Shown here one piece after another: positions 37,964 through 48,330 of a stretch of 64,000 nt of DNA. Location: the NCBI GenBank assembly GCA_963797095.1, contig CAWCNY010000006.1, positions 128,001 through 192,000 of the forward strand, read 5' to 3'. The translations under genes were made by a program, and so were the position numbers. Numbering within the stretch: position 1 is the first letter of the stretch; every line of letters starts with the position of its first letter. The stretch is from an uncultured Chloroflexia bacterium. GTDB taxonomy: Bacteria; Chloroflexota; Chloroflexia; QHBQ01; JADMIH01. The notes under the pieces were generated by a model. That model saw only the letters and a list, made by a program, of their open reading frames with translations. It did no database searches and was not told the origin of the DNA.

Positions 37964-39074
37964 TCAGCTGAAGCTTTCTCCTTCGCGGGTAAGCAAAGCC
38001 TGCTTGCGCTCGACGCCCCACTTGTAGCCGCCCAGCGAACCGTCCTCGCGCACTACCCTGTGGCAGGGTATCACGAGTGCCACATGATTGGCCCCACATG
38101 CTTGCGCAACCGCGCGTACCGCCTTCGGATTGCCCACCGCCTCTGCTACCTGTGAGTAAGAGCGCGTGCTTCCGTAGGGTATGCCACGGATGACGCTCCA
38201 TACACTCTCCTGGAACGGCGTGCCGTGTATGTCCAGGGGCAGGCTGCTGTCGAGATAAGGCTTTCGTTCATCGATCTGGCACAGAATGGGTTGCGCCCAC
38301 TTCGCCATTTTCGCATCGTCTCTTTCGATGTGAGCAGCTGGGTACTCGGCGCGCAGGCTTGCGGCCAACGCTTCGTCCGAATCGCCCAGTTGCACCGCGC
38401 ACAGCCCACGCTCGGTTGCTGCTACCAACACTTTTCCCAGCGCGCTTTTTGCTATCGTATATCGCACGTCCATCCCTGAACCTCCCTGCCGGTATGCTCC
38501 GGGCGTCATCCCCATTTGTGTTCCGGCGTTCCCGTAGAGGTGGTTCGCCGACCCATAACCTGCGTCGTACATCGCCTCAGTCACGTTATCTCCTTCACGG
38601 AGGCTTGTCTTCAGTCGCTCCAATCGCAATGCCGCCGTATACTGGCGGGGCGTAACGCCCATTACTCGCTTGAACACACGCTGCAAGTGGTAGGGGCTGA
38701 TTCCTATGGCATCACCAAGCGCCTGAAGTGTGATTACGTCGCCCGCGCCCTCGTCCAGGCTCGCCTCGATCAAGCGGCTGACCTTCTCCGCTATTTCCAT
38801 CCCCGGCTCCGGCTTGAACTCGTCGGTTTGGGTGGCATCGCAGGCAAGCCCGGAAGCCTTTGGCCTCGGCCTCCTCCGGTCTGGCGAAAAAGAGCACTTG
38901 CTCTCGCCTGGGCCGCCTGGATGGGCAGCCTGGCCTGCAGTAGACGCCCGTCGAGCGCACCGCATACACGAATTGTCCATCCATGGCGATCTCTCTATCT
39001 AGCACGGCTTGCCAATATTTGCCTTCGTCCATCTTGCTCTCCGTTTTATTTTCCGCAGCCTCTAGCTCTCTCAT
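37964..39074 (-). pseudogene. ada: Bifunctional Ada regulator / O6-methylguanine-DNA methyltransferase, frameshifted at about 38825
   Basis: The N-terminal Zn domain (TGVYCRPGC...FRACLRCHP) is in one frame; the AraC HTH and MGMT domain (IPCHRV) follow in the +1 frame. Could be a pseudogene or a sequencing indel. Confidence 0.9.
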
Positions 39075-39262
39075 GTATCCATAATAGTGCATCCAACGTT
39101 TCTGGCGCTATCCGATTCTTGCGCTTCAAACTTGTGTTGCACGTGGATCATGAAGGATTTGTTTGTCGGGGAATACGAAGGAACGTAAGTGGTGCGAACG
39201 GCACTCACAATTGGCGATGGTATTGCATAAGGATTGTGAGCCGCAGTCATCGCGGAGTGCTT

Positions 39263-39590
39263 GTTCTTACGCCCCTACGGGGCTATGGCATTTTCCTGGG
39301 CTTTACCGCAGGGCTTACGCCCTGGGCTACTCTCTTACGTCCCTACGGGACTAAATGGGATGGGGATGGCGTACGAGCAGGATACCATTAAGAGTGTCCG
39401 CACCTGGGCCATCTCGGTGGATTTATACGGCAGCATTGCCCCTTGTGGGTGCCCCTACTGTACCAAAGTACACCCCCAAAACGTGTCCCGTTTTGCCCCA
39501 CCAATGGCTCTTAGTTAATGAGGGTGCTAGTATGAGGTTGGTAGCGTAGACCCAGTCGCCTTCTGCCCCCACCAATGGCTCTTCGTTGAT
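39263..39590. repeat. REP-like mosaic (CCCTACGGG unit, GGGTGCCCCTAC arm, 48-bp dispersed repeat, duplicated GCCCCACCAATGGCTCTT)
   Basis: Matches to 8641-8730 and, in reverse complement, to 61421-61468. Confidence 0.75.
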
Positions 39591-39632
39591 TAGGGCAATA
39601 GTGTTGTTCGCTAGTGGGTCACTACAGGTTTG

Positions 39633-40667
39633 CTAAGGGGTGAGGATGTCGGAAACGGTGACTACGCTGTAGCCCATTTCTTGTAGCTTGTCGAGGATGC
39701 GTGGCAAGGCTTCGGCTGACGCCTGTGAGCCGAAGTGCTGGAGAATGATCGCGCCGTCGAGGTTGAAATTGGGGGTGTTAGTCACTCTGTTGAAGATGAA
39801 ATCGGGTGTTTTCGGCTCACCCACCGAGTTGAGGGAATCAAGCGTCCAGTAGATCGACCTGTAGCCTTGCGCTACCGTTACGTTCAGCACATGGTTGTTG
39901 CGCGATCCGTATGGGGGTCTCCAGTAGGGCTTGGTGGTTACTCCGGTCAAGTTGTAGAGGATCCTTTCTGTGCGGGCCAACTCGTTTGTAAGTTCGTCGT
40001 CGGTGAGGGTGAGCGAATCGCGGTGTGAGTAGGTGTGGTTGGCGATCTCATGCCCATCCGCAACCGCTTGCTTTACACCCTCAGGGTACTGCTCCGCGAA
40101 CTTACCTGTGAAGAACATCGTAATATGTATGTTCCTCTGTCTTAGCGCGGCCAACACGGAGGGCATAGCGTCGTCTGGGCCGCCGGCATCGAAGGTAAGA
40201 GCAACACGCTTCTTCCCAGGATAGCCCCTGACAACCTCACTCCAACCGCCTGCGGGCGCAGGCTCTGCCGTGGGGGTTGGTGCGAGGGGCCTGGTCGCGG
40301 TCGGGGTCGCAATCTCTATCTCTTCTTCAGCGGTCGCAGTTGGTTCTACTAACGCCTGTGTGGGTTGGGGTGTGGCGACTGCCTCAGGTGTGTTGGTTGG
40401 CTCTTCGATGAAGGTTGGGGTTGGCGCAGGCGTATCGGTGGCGGTGGGCGTGGCGGTGCTTGTCGGCGTGGAGGTGGGTGGCAACTCGGTTGGCGATGGC
40501 GGGACTATGGTAGCCGTGTCTGTAAGGAGCGGCGTGTCGGTTGGGGTGGGGTTGGGCGTGGATGTGGGTGCAATTTCAGTAGGTGTGGGCAAGGCGCTCA
40601 CATTGCACCCCCAGGAAATAACCAGCAATCCGAACAGCAGCAAGACGATGGCGGCAACGCGTTTCAT
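39633..40667 (-). CDS. Polysaccharide deacetylase (CE4/NodB) lipoprotein with a long PT linker
   Basis: SWGC lipobox-like signal, PT repeats, ALTFDAG, NHTYSH, WRPPYG and IILQH. Confidence 0.92.
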   Translation of the reverse strand: MKRVAAIVLLLFGLLVISWGCNVSALPTPTEIAPTSTPNPTPTDTPLLTDTATIVPPSPTELPPTSTPTSTATPTATDTPAPTPTFIEEPTNTPEAVATPQPTQALVEPTATAEEEIEIATPTATRPLAPTPTAEPAPAGGWSEVVRGYPGKKRVALTFDAGGPDDAMPSVLAALRQRNIHITMFFTGKFAEQYPEGVKQAVADGHEIANHTYSHRDSLTLTDDELTNELARTERILYNLTGVTTKPYWRPPYGSRNNHVLNVTVAQGYRSIYWTLDSLNSVGEPKTPDFIFNRVTNTPNFNLDGAIILQHFGSQASAEALPRILDKLQEMGYSVVTVSDILTP

Positions 40668-40747
40668 GGCCGGATGATAGCACACCCTACCCTGTGGAAA
40701 GCCTGTTCATAAATGGCGGAAGCGGCCCAAAAGGACCGCTTCGTAAG

Positions 40748-40821
40748 TGGGTATGATAGGACTCGAACCTATGACCTTTCGGATGTGAACCGAACGCTCT
40801 AACCGACTGAGCTACACACCC
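40748..40821 (-). tRNA. tRNA-Val (anticodon CAC), CCA not encoded
   Basis: GGGTGTG acceptor stem, TAGCTCAGTCGGTTAGAGC D-arm, TTCGG-TTCACAT-CCGAA anticodon arm and GGTTCGAGTCC T-arm. Confidence 0.96.
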
Positions 40822-40949
40822 GTGCCCCACATTATAACAACTGCCTACCCGGTTTGCAAGCCGGAGAAATCGAACTAACGGAGAGGATCAGGGAGACCTT
40901 TGAACGGCGGCAGGCAGCTTGGCTTGCGCTCTCTGCCAATCTATGGGGT

Positions 40950-42128
40950 CTATTCGACGACTTCCAGATCAACTGTTGGGACGCGCATCTGCTGGCCGTT
41001 TGCCAGCTTCACATCGGCGGTAGGTGATACGACGCCCGACTGGGCCGAGCGCGGGCCCGCCGGTAGACCGGTGACCTGCGCCGTCTGCCCAAGGTAGCCC
41101 TGGGAAAGTAGCCTCACTATAGTACCCACCGCTAGCTTCGGCCCGATCTCCTCCGGCTTACGCACGGCTGTGGTGCGTGCCAGTGGGATGATTACTTCAG
41201 GTCGCGCCAGACCGCCGCGCAGGCGCGTCGTCCCGTCCACCGCGATTTCCTGCCCGTCGTAGCCAGCGATTGTTTCAAACACGCGCTTGCACATGGGCGC
41301 AAACCCGAAACCTTCCGTGATTATCAAGACAAAGTCGGGTGGCACGCCCAACTCGCCGCCGACTCCGGGCGGTGGAAAATCCCATCCCTTGCTTTCCCCC
41401 GAGGCCACGCCCATTCTCCAGGCTTCCAGCCCGCCGTAGCCCAGGAAGTTTGCAAGCTCGCCCGAACTCATACTGCCGACGATTGCGCCCCGTGCCCCAA
41501 GCTCGATCAACCGTCGTAGGGCGTCGGCGTTTACATCGCTGCCACCGAGCACGATGGAATAGGCAACCCTGGCATCGAGCCTATCGCGCGCGATAGGCTC
41601 GTCTTCGGCTGTTACCATGACCTTGAGGACACCGTGTTGCTCGCCGCCTACTCCAAATATGCCCCTCACCAGGTTGGCGGGTGTTTCCACGATAGCGCCG
41701 TAATGAGGTATCAGGTCGGTCACGATCCCTTTGAGGTGGGCGCGGACGCTGACAGGCTCGGCGGGTGTGGTTATCAGCCCTATTCCGGTGGCCGCGTCGA
41801 AGCCGGTGAAGGTGCCCGCTACAGGCGCCCGCGACACTCGCGACCCCATGCCCGCCCGTTGCGCCAATACTCCAGCCTGCTCAACCTGGGTTCCTGGGCT
41901 GACCAGAAGGCGTTTGGCGGTTGCCGCGGGGGACAGGTCCAGGTCGGCGGCGATGTCTACGCTTACTGGTTCGGACGCGAGGGTGCTCTGGGCAACGATA
42001 TCGCCCGGCTCGACGCGCGCACCCGCACGGACCAGCACTTCGCCGGGCACGGGGAGTCGCCTCTCCCGCCTTAGAAGAATGTTGGTGGCTATAGTGGGTT
42101 GGGGAATGGGGTAGTAGGGGCTGGCCAT
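40950..42128 (-). CDS. Hypothetical protein with barrel-sandwich-hybrid-like repeats and a C-terminal KOW/SH3-like region (GlmL-associated)
   Basis: RRLPVPGEVLVRAGARVEPGDIVA, RAPVAGT, GARGAIVGS and LIITEGFG. TAATG coupling to the upstream gene. Confidence 0.82.
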   Translation of the reverse strand: MASPYYPIPQPTIATNILLRRERRLPVPGEVLVRAGARVEPGDIVAQSTLASEPVSVDIAADLDLSPAATAKRLLVSPGTQVEQAGVLAQRAGMGSRVSRAPVAGTFTGFDAATGIGLITTPAEPVSVRAHLKGIVTDLIPHYGAIVETPANLVRGIFGVGGEQHGVLKVMVTAEDEPIARDRLDARVAYSIVLGGSDVNADALRRLIELGARGAIVGSMSSGELANFLGYGGLEAWRMGVASGESKGWDFPPPGVGGELGVPPDFVLIITEGFGFAPMCKRVFETIAGYDGQEIAVDGTTRLRGGLARPEVIIPLARTTAVRKPEEIGPKLAVGTIVRLLSQGYLGQTAQVTGLPAGPRSAQSGVVSPTADVKLANGQQMRVPTVDLEVVE

Positions 42129-44090
42129 TATTCTATCCCTTCGACCGGAGGAGCTTCGATACCGGGCATGGCGTCGAAGGCCGCCCACCATCGCCTGGCC
42201 TGGTCCATACGCGCCTCAGGGTTTTCGGGGAACTCCAGCGGCCTCCCTCTGGCGTCCACGATCAGGCCCACAAGCCCGCCTTTCACCTCTTGTCCCGCCT
42301 GGGTCTTGAGGGCTTTGCCCGGCTCCCCGCTCCCGACCCGGAAGCCTGACGACGGCTTGACCGTGAGGGGCGCACGCTCGTCCGGCCTTAAAGGGATCAC
42401 GCTGATGCTTCCGTATGGCACTTCTACCGTCTCAGCGTCGCCGGATTTGCGTTCAACAGTTACCGTGACGGCGGTGCGAGATTCATCCGGCAATCTGCCG
42501 TCTTCCTGCGATTCGGTATCGGCCTGCACCACCAGCGCTGTGCCGAGCCACACCAGGCAATCGCGGTCGAATATGTATGAGGCGGCGGCCAGATGATGGT
42601 GGGCCAGATTGCCCAGCGCGGGGAGCAGCAGCGTTGTGTCTACCGCCAGTTCGACGGACCCCAGACCCTCCGCGAATGGTTGGAGGGCATCGAGCATGAG
42701 AAGGGCGGCCTGTCCCGGCCGGGGGGTGTAACCTAACAAACCTCCTGTGCCGATCAAGAGATCGTAACGTGGAGCACCTTCGCCGTAACCGCGCTGCAAG
42801 TCTTCCTGGGCTGCGAGGAGGGCTTCGCGAGCCAGAGCGTGCTCGATAGCCAGGTCGCGGGCCGTCTGGGGGAGCAACTGTGGCCTCACCAGCTTGTTCA
42901 GCACCCAATCAAGTAGCTCGTCCTCTGCCATCGCGAAAGGAAGCCACCGCAGCACGTTCGCCAGACCCCGCTCGGCGAGGAGATTGCCCACGCCGTAAGC
43001 AAGGCCTGTGTCGCCCCGGATGATGGCCGAGTTCGCGTTCGGCGTTCGCCAGGTAGAGTGATGTAGCGCTTGCTCCCACGTCCGCGATCAATGTTTCGCG
43101 CCCGTAGTGGGCGTACAGATAGCGCGCGATGAGCCTGATGCTTTCGGCGGTGGGCACTACCGCCCCCTCGATCCAGCGCGATAGCACAGGGTATCCGGGT
43201 AGTTGCGGCACCCGCCGCTCGCGATAGAGTCCCGCCATCATCTCCTCGGCTGGACCTGTCTGTTCAATGGTCAGGCCGGGGCGCAGGTTAGCTACAGCTC
43301 GTACCTCAACCACCGATTTGAGCGTCTCGGATACTGCGTCCTGGGCCGCCGAATTGCCTGCGTAGATGGCGGTGGGCGTGCCTGGGGCTTGCTTGTTGAC
43401 CCTGGCCGCACGCTCGGCGCGGCTCGCTTGCTCACGTGAGGCCCCGGCCACTACTTTCGCCAAACGCACCAGTGGCGCTACCGGGCCGCCCTCGATGCCG
43501 CCTGCGATCAATACTACCTCCGGCGGCATGGCAAGCAGTTTGTCCATCTGCTCCTGTAGCCAGGCGGTGGATGCCTTGCTCAGAAGGGCATCGTCTTCGC
43601 TGGGTATTTCCTTTACGCCTTCGTCTAAAGTGATGTGTGCTACGATATGGGTGTATGCGCTCTCGGCTGCCTGTAACGCGCTAGGCTCCGAAATGTCGCT
43701 GCTGACAGCAGCAACTGCCACTCGCAAGGCGGGGGCCGCACTGGACGTGGCTATGAAGAGGTCCAGCCCGCTCCCATCCCTGCGCTGCGGCACTATGAGT
43801 CTGTTTTCTTCGGTCAGCTTTCGGCCTGTGATGCCCTCAAGCTCGCGCACTGCGTTGTAGACTCCGGCGGTTACGTCGTTGTAGGGAGCTTCGGCGGTTG
43901 TGAGGGCGGATGCCCGCGCCACGAAGCGGTATTCGTCGCCTACCACGTCGAACAGTGCGGCGCGCGTATTCAGTGAGCCGATGTCGACCGCCAGGATAGC
44001 GCCGACGGTCGCGACTGTGGGCGCCCCCTCCTGCTGTTCTGCTATCACAGCCTGCGGGCCGGTATTCTCCAACTTACCGATGTTGCTCAT
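42128..44090 (-). pseudogene. glmL: GlmL-like (glutamate mutase L) actin-fold ATPase, split by a frameshift at about 43030
   Basis: AVDIGSLNT (phosphate 1), IAGGIEGG, IADVGASAT (phosphate 2), IGTGGLL and IVDARGRPL. The frame changes between ...AEREL and AIIRGDTGLAYG. Possibly a sequencing indel. Confidence 0.82.
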
Positions 44091-44145
44091 AAATCACTCT
44101 TACTGGAGGTAAAGCTCAGGCAATTGTGCCTGGCTGTGAGGTCCT

Positions 44146-44814
44146 CTACAACTGCCACAATCTTTGTACTAATTCCACGAGGGACACCAGGCGCTCGATC
44201 AGAGCGGCATAGAAAGTGGTGGCGAGGGAGCCGAGTATAGCCCCGAAAGCGAGCACCAGCACCCATCGCCCCACTATCGAAAGCTGTTGTACAGGCATGG
44301 GCCTGGCGCCGTCGGCTCGTGCTCCGAAAGCGAAATACGACAAAGCGCACACTACCCCCGCCACCAAGACTATGTTACCCACCAGCGCCGCGAGAGAGGC
44401 AGGGTCGCTGCTTATGGTTACCAGACGCATGGTGTCGAGGGCCTGCGGTACGATTGCCCCGGCCAATGCGCCACCGAGCGCCAGCGATGCACCTACTACC
44501 ACTACGAGGTTGAGGCCAAAGGACGCAGGCCACGCGCCAGGATAGGCGATCCTTAAGAGCAGCAGCAGGCCGAGCGCCACGGGCACCATCCCAAGCCACC
44601 TGTCGGCGGCAGGGGTTCCCTCAGCGGGCACGATTATGCGCGCTATCTGTGGGGCGACCACCTGCGTCAGCACCACCAGCGATACGTATCCGACGGACAC
44701 GCCTACCAGCAGGCTTTGGGCTATCTTCCACAGGGGGTTCGCCCCTAGCAGATAGCTGAACACCATCAATGTAAGCAGCCCGGCTACAATTGCGCCGATC
44801 AGATTAGCATCCAT
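44146..44814 (-). CDS. Hypothetical 6-TM membrane protein (GlmL cluster)
   Basis: LTLMVFSYLLGANPLWK...VGVSVGY and GRWVLVLAFGA. Confidence 0.85.
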   Translation of the reverse strand: MDANLIGAIVAGLLTLMVFSYLLGANPLWKIAQSLLVGVSVGYVSLVVLTQVVAPQIARIIVPAEGTPAADRWLGMVPVALGLLLLLRIAYPGAWPASFGLNLVVVVGASLALGGALAGAIVPQALDTMRLVTISSDPASLAALVGNIVLVAGVVCALSYFAFGARADGARPMPVQQLSIVGRWVLVLAFGAILGSLATTFYAALIERLVSLVELVQRLWQL

Positions 44815-44829
44815 CGCTTTTGGGACCTA

Positions 44830-46728
44830 TCATCCTCTTCTCATTATTCTTCTCGCACCCTGTGCCAGAAATGCCGACACGATTACAAGTGCCGCCAGCA
44901 GCGCGGCTACCGATTGCGCGTTCAGGCGCGTGGTCAGCTCCACGGTCTTTGTAAGTACGCCACCGCCCAGGCCATTTTCCTCCAACTGCTGCATATAGGC
45001 ATATGCTCCGGTCGTGCCGCTCACAACTGCCTGCAACCCGGCCCCTGGCACCTGCAAATATGGCCTTGCCAATGGCTCAAGCCCTTGCGGGATAGCTGCC
45101 ACCACCGGCACGTTAGTGCGAGATGCCACCTGCTCGATCCAGTTTCTCATCTCGGCTTCCGTCCCGGCCAGGTCTACTATCAGCGCGAAGTCCTCCACTT
45201 TGTTGAGCGCACCACCAGCCGTCAACTGGTAGCTGTCGACCGGCCTGCTATTGATGTAATCGAGGGGAAGCAGCGCCTTGAAGTTGCCTACGAGTGTGCG
45301 CAGTGCTGCTTCGCTTCCGGGCAAGTAGCCGAGCACAAGGTAGTCTGTGCCGTACTCATATTCGTACCCCGGCTCAGTCTTGAGGGCATCTGTGACCTCT
45401 TGTGCGAAGCCCGGACCCTGGGGCACTGTGCTCACAGTCACGAATGAAAGATGCCGCCACATGATATGCTGCATGACAGCCTGCGACATAATCGACATCT
45501 CCGCCGACCTGCCGGCATCCCAGTCGTATACGACCAGCACCGGCCTGTCGAGCGGCACCGAATCGATAGCTTTATAGAATTCGATAGCCCCGGGTGCATT
45601 CACCGCAGGAGTGTTGCCGAAGGGCGGCCTGACTATCACAACTGCCAGCAGCGCGGCCAGAATCACGAGGTAGATCACTCCGTTGGGGAAGAGCCATTGC
45701 CTGACTTTGCTGCGACTTGCCTGCGCGCTCATGCGTGTTGCCTGGGCCGCCAGCGCCCGGCGGCTCCGCACCACGGGCATCGGGACCACGCGCCGTGTTG
45801 ATTCGGGCGCGGGAGGTTGCAGTAGTTGAGCCAGCGTCTCTACAGAACCGGGCCTGGGTGCCTTCACAGGGATGTTGCGCGAGGCTATCCCGGCCATATC
45901 TTCTTCGAGGGTGAAATTAGCAGGTGGGGCTGTGACGGTCCGGCCTTGTACGGGTATGGCTGCCGGTTGTGTTGGTGCGTCCTGTGTTATCGCGCCTGAG
46001 CCTTCGCCGCCCATATTGCGCACGAAATCGGGCAGTTGTTCGCTGGCGTCAGCCTCGGCGGGAGGAGCGAAAGGCTCTATCCCTTCGATACCCAGGTCGG
46101 CCAGTTCCGTGCTCCGCAATTCCTGCGAAGGCACCGATTGCAGCGTTTCCTGCACGGTTACATTGCCGAGCCAGGGTGGCAGGCCCGGCGGTGCATTATC
46201 GGCCTCTTCGTCTTCGGGCGTTTCGCCTGCCTCTGTCCCACCTTCTGTGGAGCTTGCCGCCTCTTCGTCTGCGCCTTTGTGCGCCCAGGGCATAATATGC
46301 GCAAGCTCCTCAGGCTCGTACCCTCCCTCGGGTGCTATAGGGCTGGACGAAGGCTCAAGTATGCTTACCACCCAGTTGGGCGGTGGGGCATCAGGGGCCT
46401 CGGCTTCTTTACCAGGTTCTGCGGCTTCCGCCGCATCTTCTGTGGAGCCTGGAGATGGAGAGGCGGCCTCAGATTCTTCTGCCAATTCAGTCCCCGTATT
46501 TTCGGTCTTACCGGCGATTTCAGGTTGGGCCGCAGCGTTAACTTTCTCAGGGCCAAGTCCGGTGGTTGGCAATACAGCTTTTTCATTGACCGCCTGGAGC
46601 CAGGGGAGGTCCATAAACTCATGGTCGTGTTCTTCGCCTTCCTGGCGAGGCAAGGCAGCGCCGCACCGGGCGCAAAATCGCCCTGTGTTGCGGTTAGTAG
46701 CCCCACAATTTTGACAGATTACATCCAT
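44830..46728 (-). CDS. Zinc ribbon, acidic disordered linker and TM-anchored alpha/beta domain protein (GlmL cluster)
   Basis: CQNC...CARC, repeated (L/P)PW motifs in an E/P/A-rich linker, TM GVIYLVILAALL, VYDWDAG, LVLGYLPG, WIEQV and a C-terminal TM. Confidence 0.85.
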   Translation of the reverse strand: MDVICQNCGATNRNTGRFCARCGAALPRQEGEEHDHEFMDLPWLQAVNEKAVLPTTGLGPEKVNAAAQPEIAGKTENTGTELAEESEAASPSPGSTEDAAEAAEPGKEAEAPDAPPPNWVVSILEPSSSPIAPEGGYEPEELAHIMPWAHKGADEEAASSTEGGTEAGETPEDEEADNAPPGLPPWLGNVTVQETLQSVPSQELRSTELADLGIEGIEPFAPPAEADASEQLPDFVRNMGGEGSGAITQDAPTQPAAIPVQGRTVTAPPANFTLEEDMAGIASRNIPVKAPRPGSVETLAQLLQPPAPESTRRVVPMPVVRSRRALAAQATRMSAQASRSKVRQWLFPNGVIYLVILAALLAVVIVRPPFGNTPAVNAPGAIEFYKAIDSVPLDRPVLVVYDWDAGRSAEMSIMSQAVMQHIMWRHLSFVTVSTVPQGPGFAQEVTDALKTEPGYEYEYGTDYLVLGYLPGSEAALRTLVGNFKALLPLDYINSRPVDSYQLTAGGALNKVEDFALIVDLAGTEAEMRNWIEQVASRTNVPVVAAIPQGLEPLARPYLQVPGAGLQAVVSGTTGAYAYMQQLEENGLGGGVLTKTVELTTRLNAQSVAALLAALVIVSAFLAQGARRIMRRG

Positions 46729-46733
46729 AAGGC

Positions 46734-46768
46734 GTGACGAGTGACGAGTGACGAGTGACGAGTGACGA
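46734..46768. repeat. Heptamer array GTGACGA x5
   Basis: Read directly; intergenic within the operon. Confidence 0.85.
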
Positions 46769-46809
46769 GTGATTATCGCTTACTGCTTATTTCTGGTGTT
46801 GATCGTTTG

Positions 46810-47448
46810 TCATTCCAGGTATGGCCTGTCGAAGCCGAGCAGTATGCGCAGGCTCAACCCGATTGCGCCGAAGGCTACTCCCAGGATGATAGCACGTATG
46901 CCCGCTAGCACCGGGTAGTCCAGCAGCCAATCTTTGATGCTTACCAGTACATCGAGCGGTGGCGCGGCTGCGAAAGGTGCCTGGCCGAGCACCACCACCA
47001 CTGCTACCAGCAACAGGACTGTGGCCTCCCGGCTCTTGAGCCGCATCGACCGGAACAAGGCGGTCGTCAGGAAGAACGCGAGCAAACTGAACAGTGCCGC
47101 ACCAAGGGGCTGGTATATCCACTTGAATATCCAGGCCACAGTGTCGGTTCCTGGGCTGCCTCCGATCAATCCCAGCGCCAGTACTGCTATCGCGCTTCCC
47201 ACCAGGATCAAGCTATAGAGCCAATCGGTTTCGCGCTTCAAGACGCGACCTATATGCACCTTCATGAGGTTGCCCAATCCGACCAGCAAGGCGAATCCAA
47301 CCAGCACCGCCACCCATTGTGCCAGCATCCCGCCCCAATCGGAGAATGTGCCCCGTGTGAAGAAGCCCACGATACTGATCACCCCGGCGACATACGCCAG
47401 GCCCAGGTTGAGTATCAGTATTGCGGTGGATGTGATGCGGTTTGACAT
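46810..47448 (-). CDS. Hypothetical 6-TM membrane protein (GlmL cluster)
   Basis: YQPLGAALFSLLAFF...RSMRL...LGQAP...RAIILGVAFGAIGLSLRILLG. Confidence 0.85.
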   Translation of the reverse strand: MSNRITSTAILILNLGLAYVAGVISIVGFFTRGTFSDWGGMLAQWVAVLVGFALLVGLGNLMKVHIGRVLKRETDWLYSLILVGSAIAVLALGLIGGSPGTDTVAWIFKWIYQPLGAALFSLLAFFLTTALFRSMRLKSREATVLLLVAVVVVLGQAPFAAAPPLDVLVSIKDWLLDYPVLAGIRAIILGVAFGAIGLSLRILLGFDRPYLE

Positions 47449-47499
47449 GGATGGTGATAGGTGATAGGTGATACGTGAACAAGTGATCACGTTTACGGG

Positions 47500-48330
47500 T
47501 TACGGGATAATACTTACAACCTCATTCCAGTTGATGCCTAGCAGGTTCCCGATTATGAACCCCAGCACTATCAAGATAATAAGCACCCAGCGCAGGCCAT
47601 CCTGGGCCAGTAAGGAGGCTGTGTGTGTGGTCCTGCGTTCAAGGTAGGCCCCTGAGGCGAATATCTCTTCGCCGATCAGGGTGTGGTCGGCGCTAATGCT
47701 GATCAGGGCTAAAGCCTGGTGGTCTGATGCTCCAATGATCTGTTGCGCGCCGTTTCTGCGCTGTACTTCGGTCAGGATCAATACTTCAGGCCCAAACTGC
47801 CCCACCATTACGGCGCTCGAAATCTTCTGCCCCTCGACCACCTCGGTGGCTCCCGCCACGTAGGCCAGCGGGTCGGCATGTGTCAGGAAGCGTGCTTCGC
47901 TACCCTCGTTCTCTGCTGACCACCCGGACCTGCTTGCCCCGCGTCTGAGCGCATTGTCTGTCAGCGCGTAAGCCACTGCATCATTGGTGGTGGCCTGCAC
48001 AGGAGCGCCCGTGATCGCACTCACCCGCGCCATAAACTCGACCACCGCCATGCCTGCCAGGGTGGCCGCACTCCCCACACCCTGAGTGCCCACGCTTCCC
48101 GTCCCAGGAGATATGTGCACCGCTCGACCTGTCTCAGCCGATAAGGCCAATCCTTCATTGGCTGCTTCGTACCCCGCGATTGGGCGGAGCGTGTAGGCTG
48201 ATGCTGTCTTTGTTGTTGCTTTCTGGCCCCATCCCGACCGCCACAGGTATATCAAGAAGAGCACCAGGAAGAGCACCAACCCGCCCAGCATGACAAGTAA
48301 GGCGCTCCCGTAAGCAGGCTCGACGCTCAT
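47500..48330 (-). CDS. DUF6754-like membrane-anchored protein (GlmL cluster)
   Basis: N-terminal TM, LRPIAG...AETGRAVH..PG, TLAG, HTLIGEEIFASGAYL, QDGLR and a C-terminal TM. Family name recalled from these motifs, not searched. Confidence 0.8.
   Translation of the reverse strand: MSVEPAYGSALLVMLGGLVLFLVLFLIYLWRSGWGQKATTKTASAYTLRPIAGYEAANEGLALSAETGRAVHISPGTGSVGTQGVGSAATLAGMAVVEFMARVSAITGAPVQATTNDAVAYALTDNALRRGASRSGWSAENEGSEARFLTHADPLAYVAGATEVVEGQKISSAVMVGQFGPEVLILTEVQRRNGAQQIIGASDHQALALISISADHTLIGEEIFASGAYLERRTTHTASLLAQDGLRWVLIILIVLGFIIGNLLGINWNEVVSIIP

Noticed and set aside
38820-38835. C_CCA_AAC slippery heptamer at the ada break as a programmed -1 frameshift
   Set aside because: The downstream Ada domain is in the +1 frame; the -1 frame reaches TAG within about 13 codons.
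32403-40821. tmRNA or tRNA-Val as an integration site of a genomic island or prophage
   Set aside because: No integrase, no duplicated 3' end (att) and no phage genes were seen.
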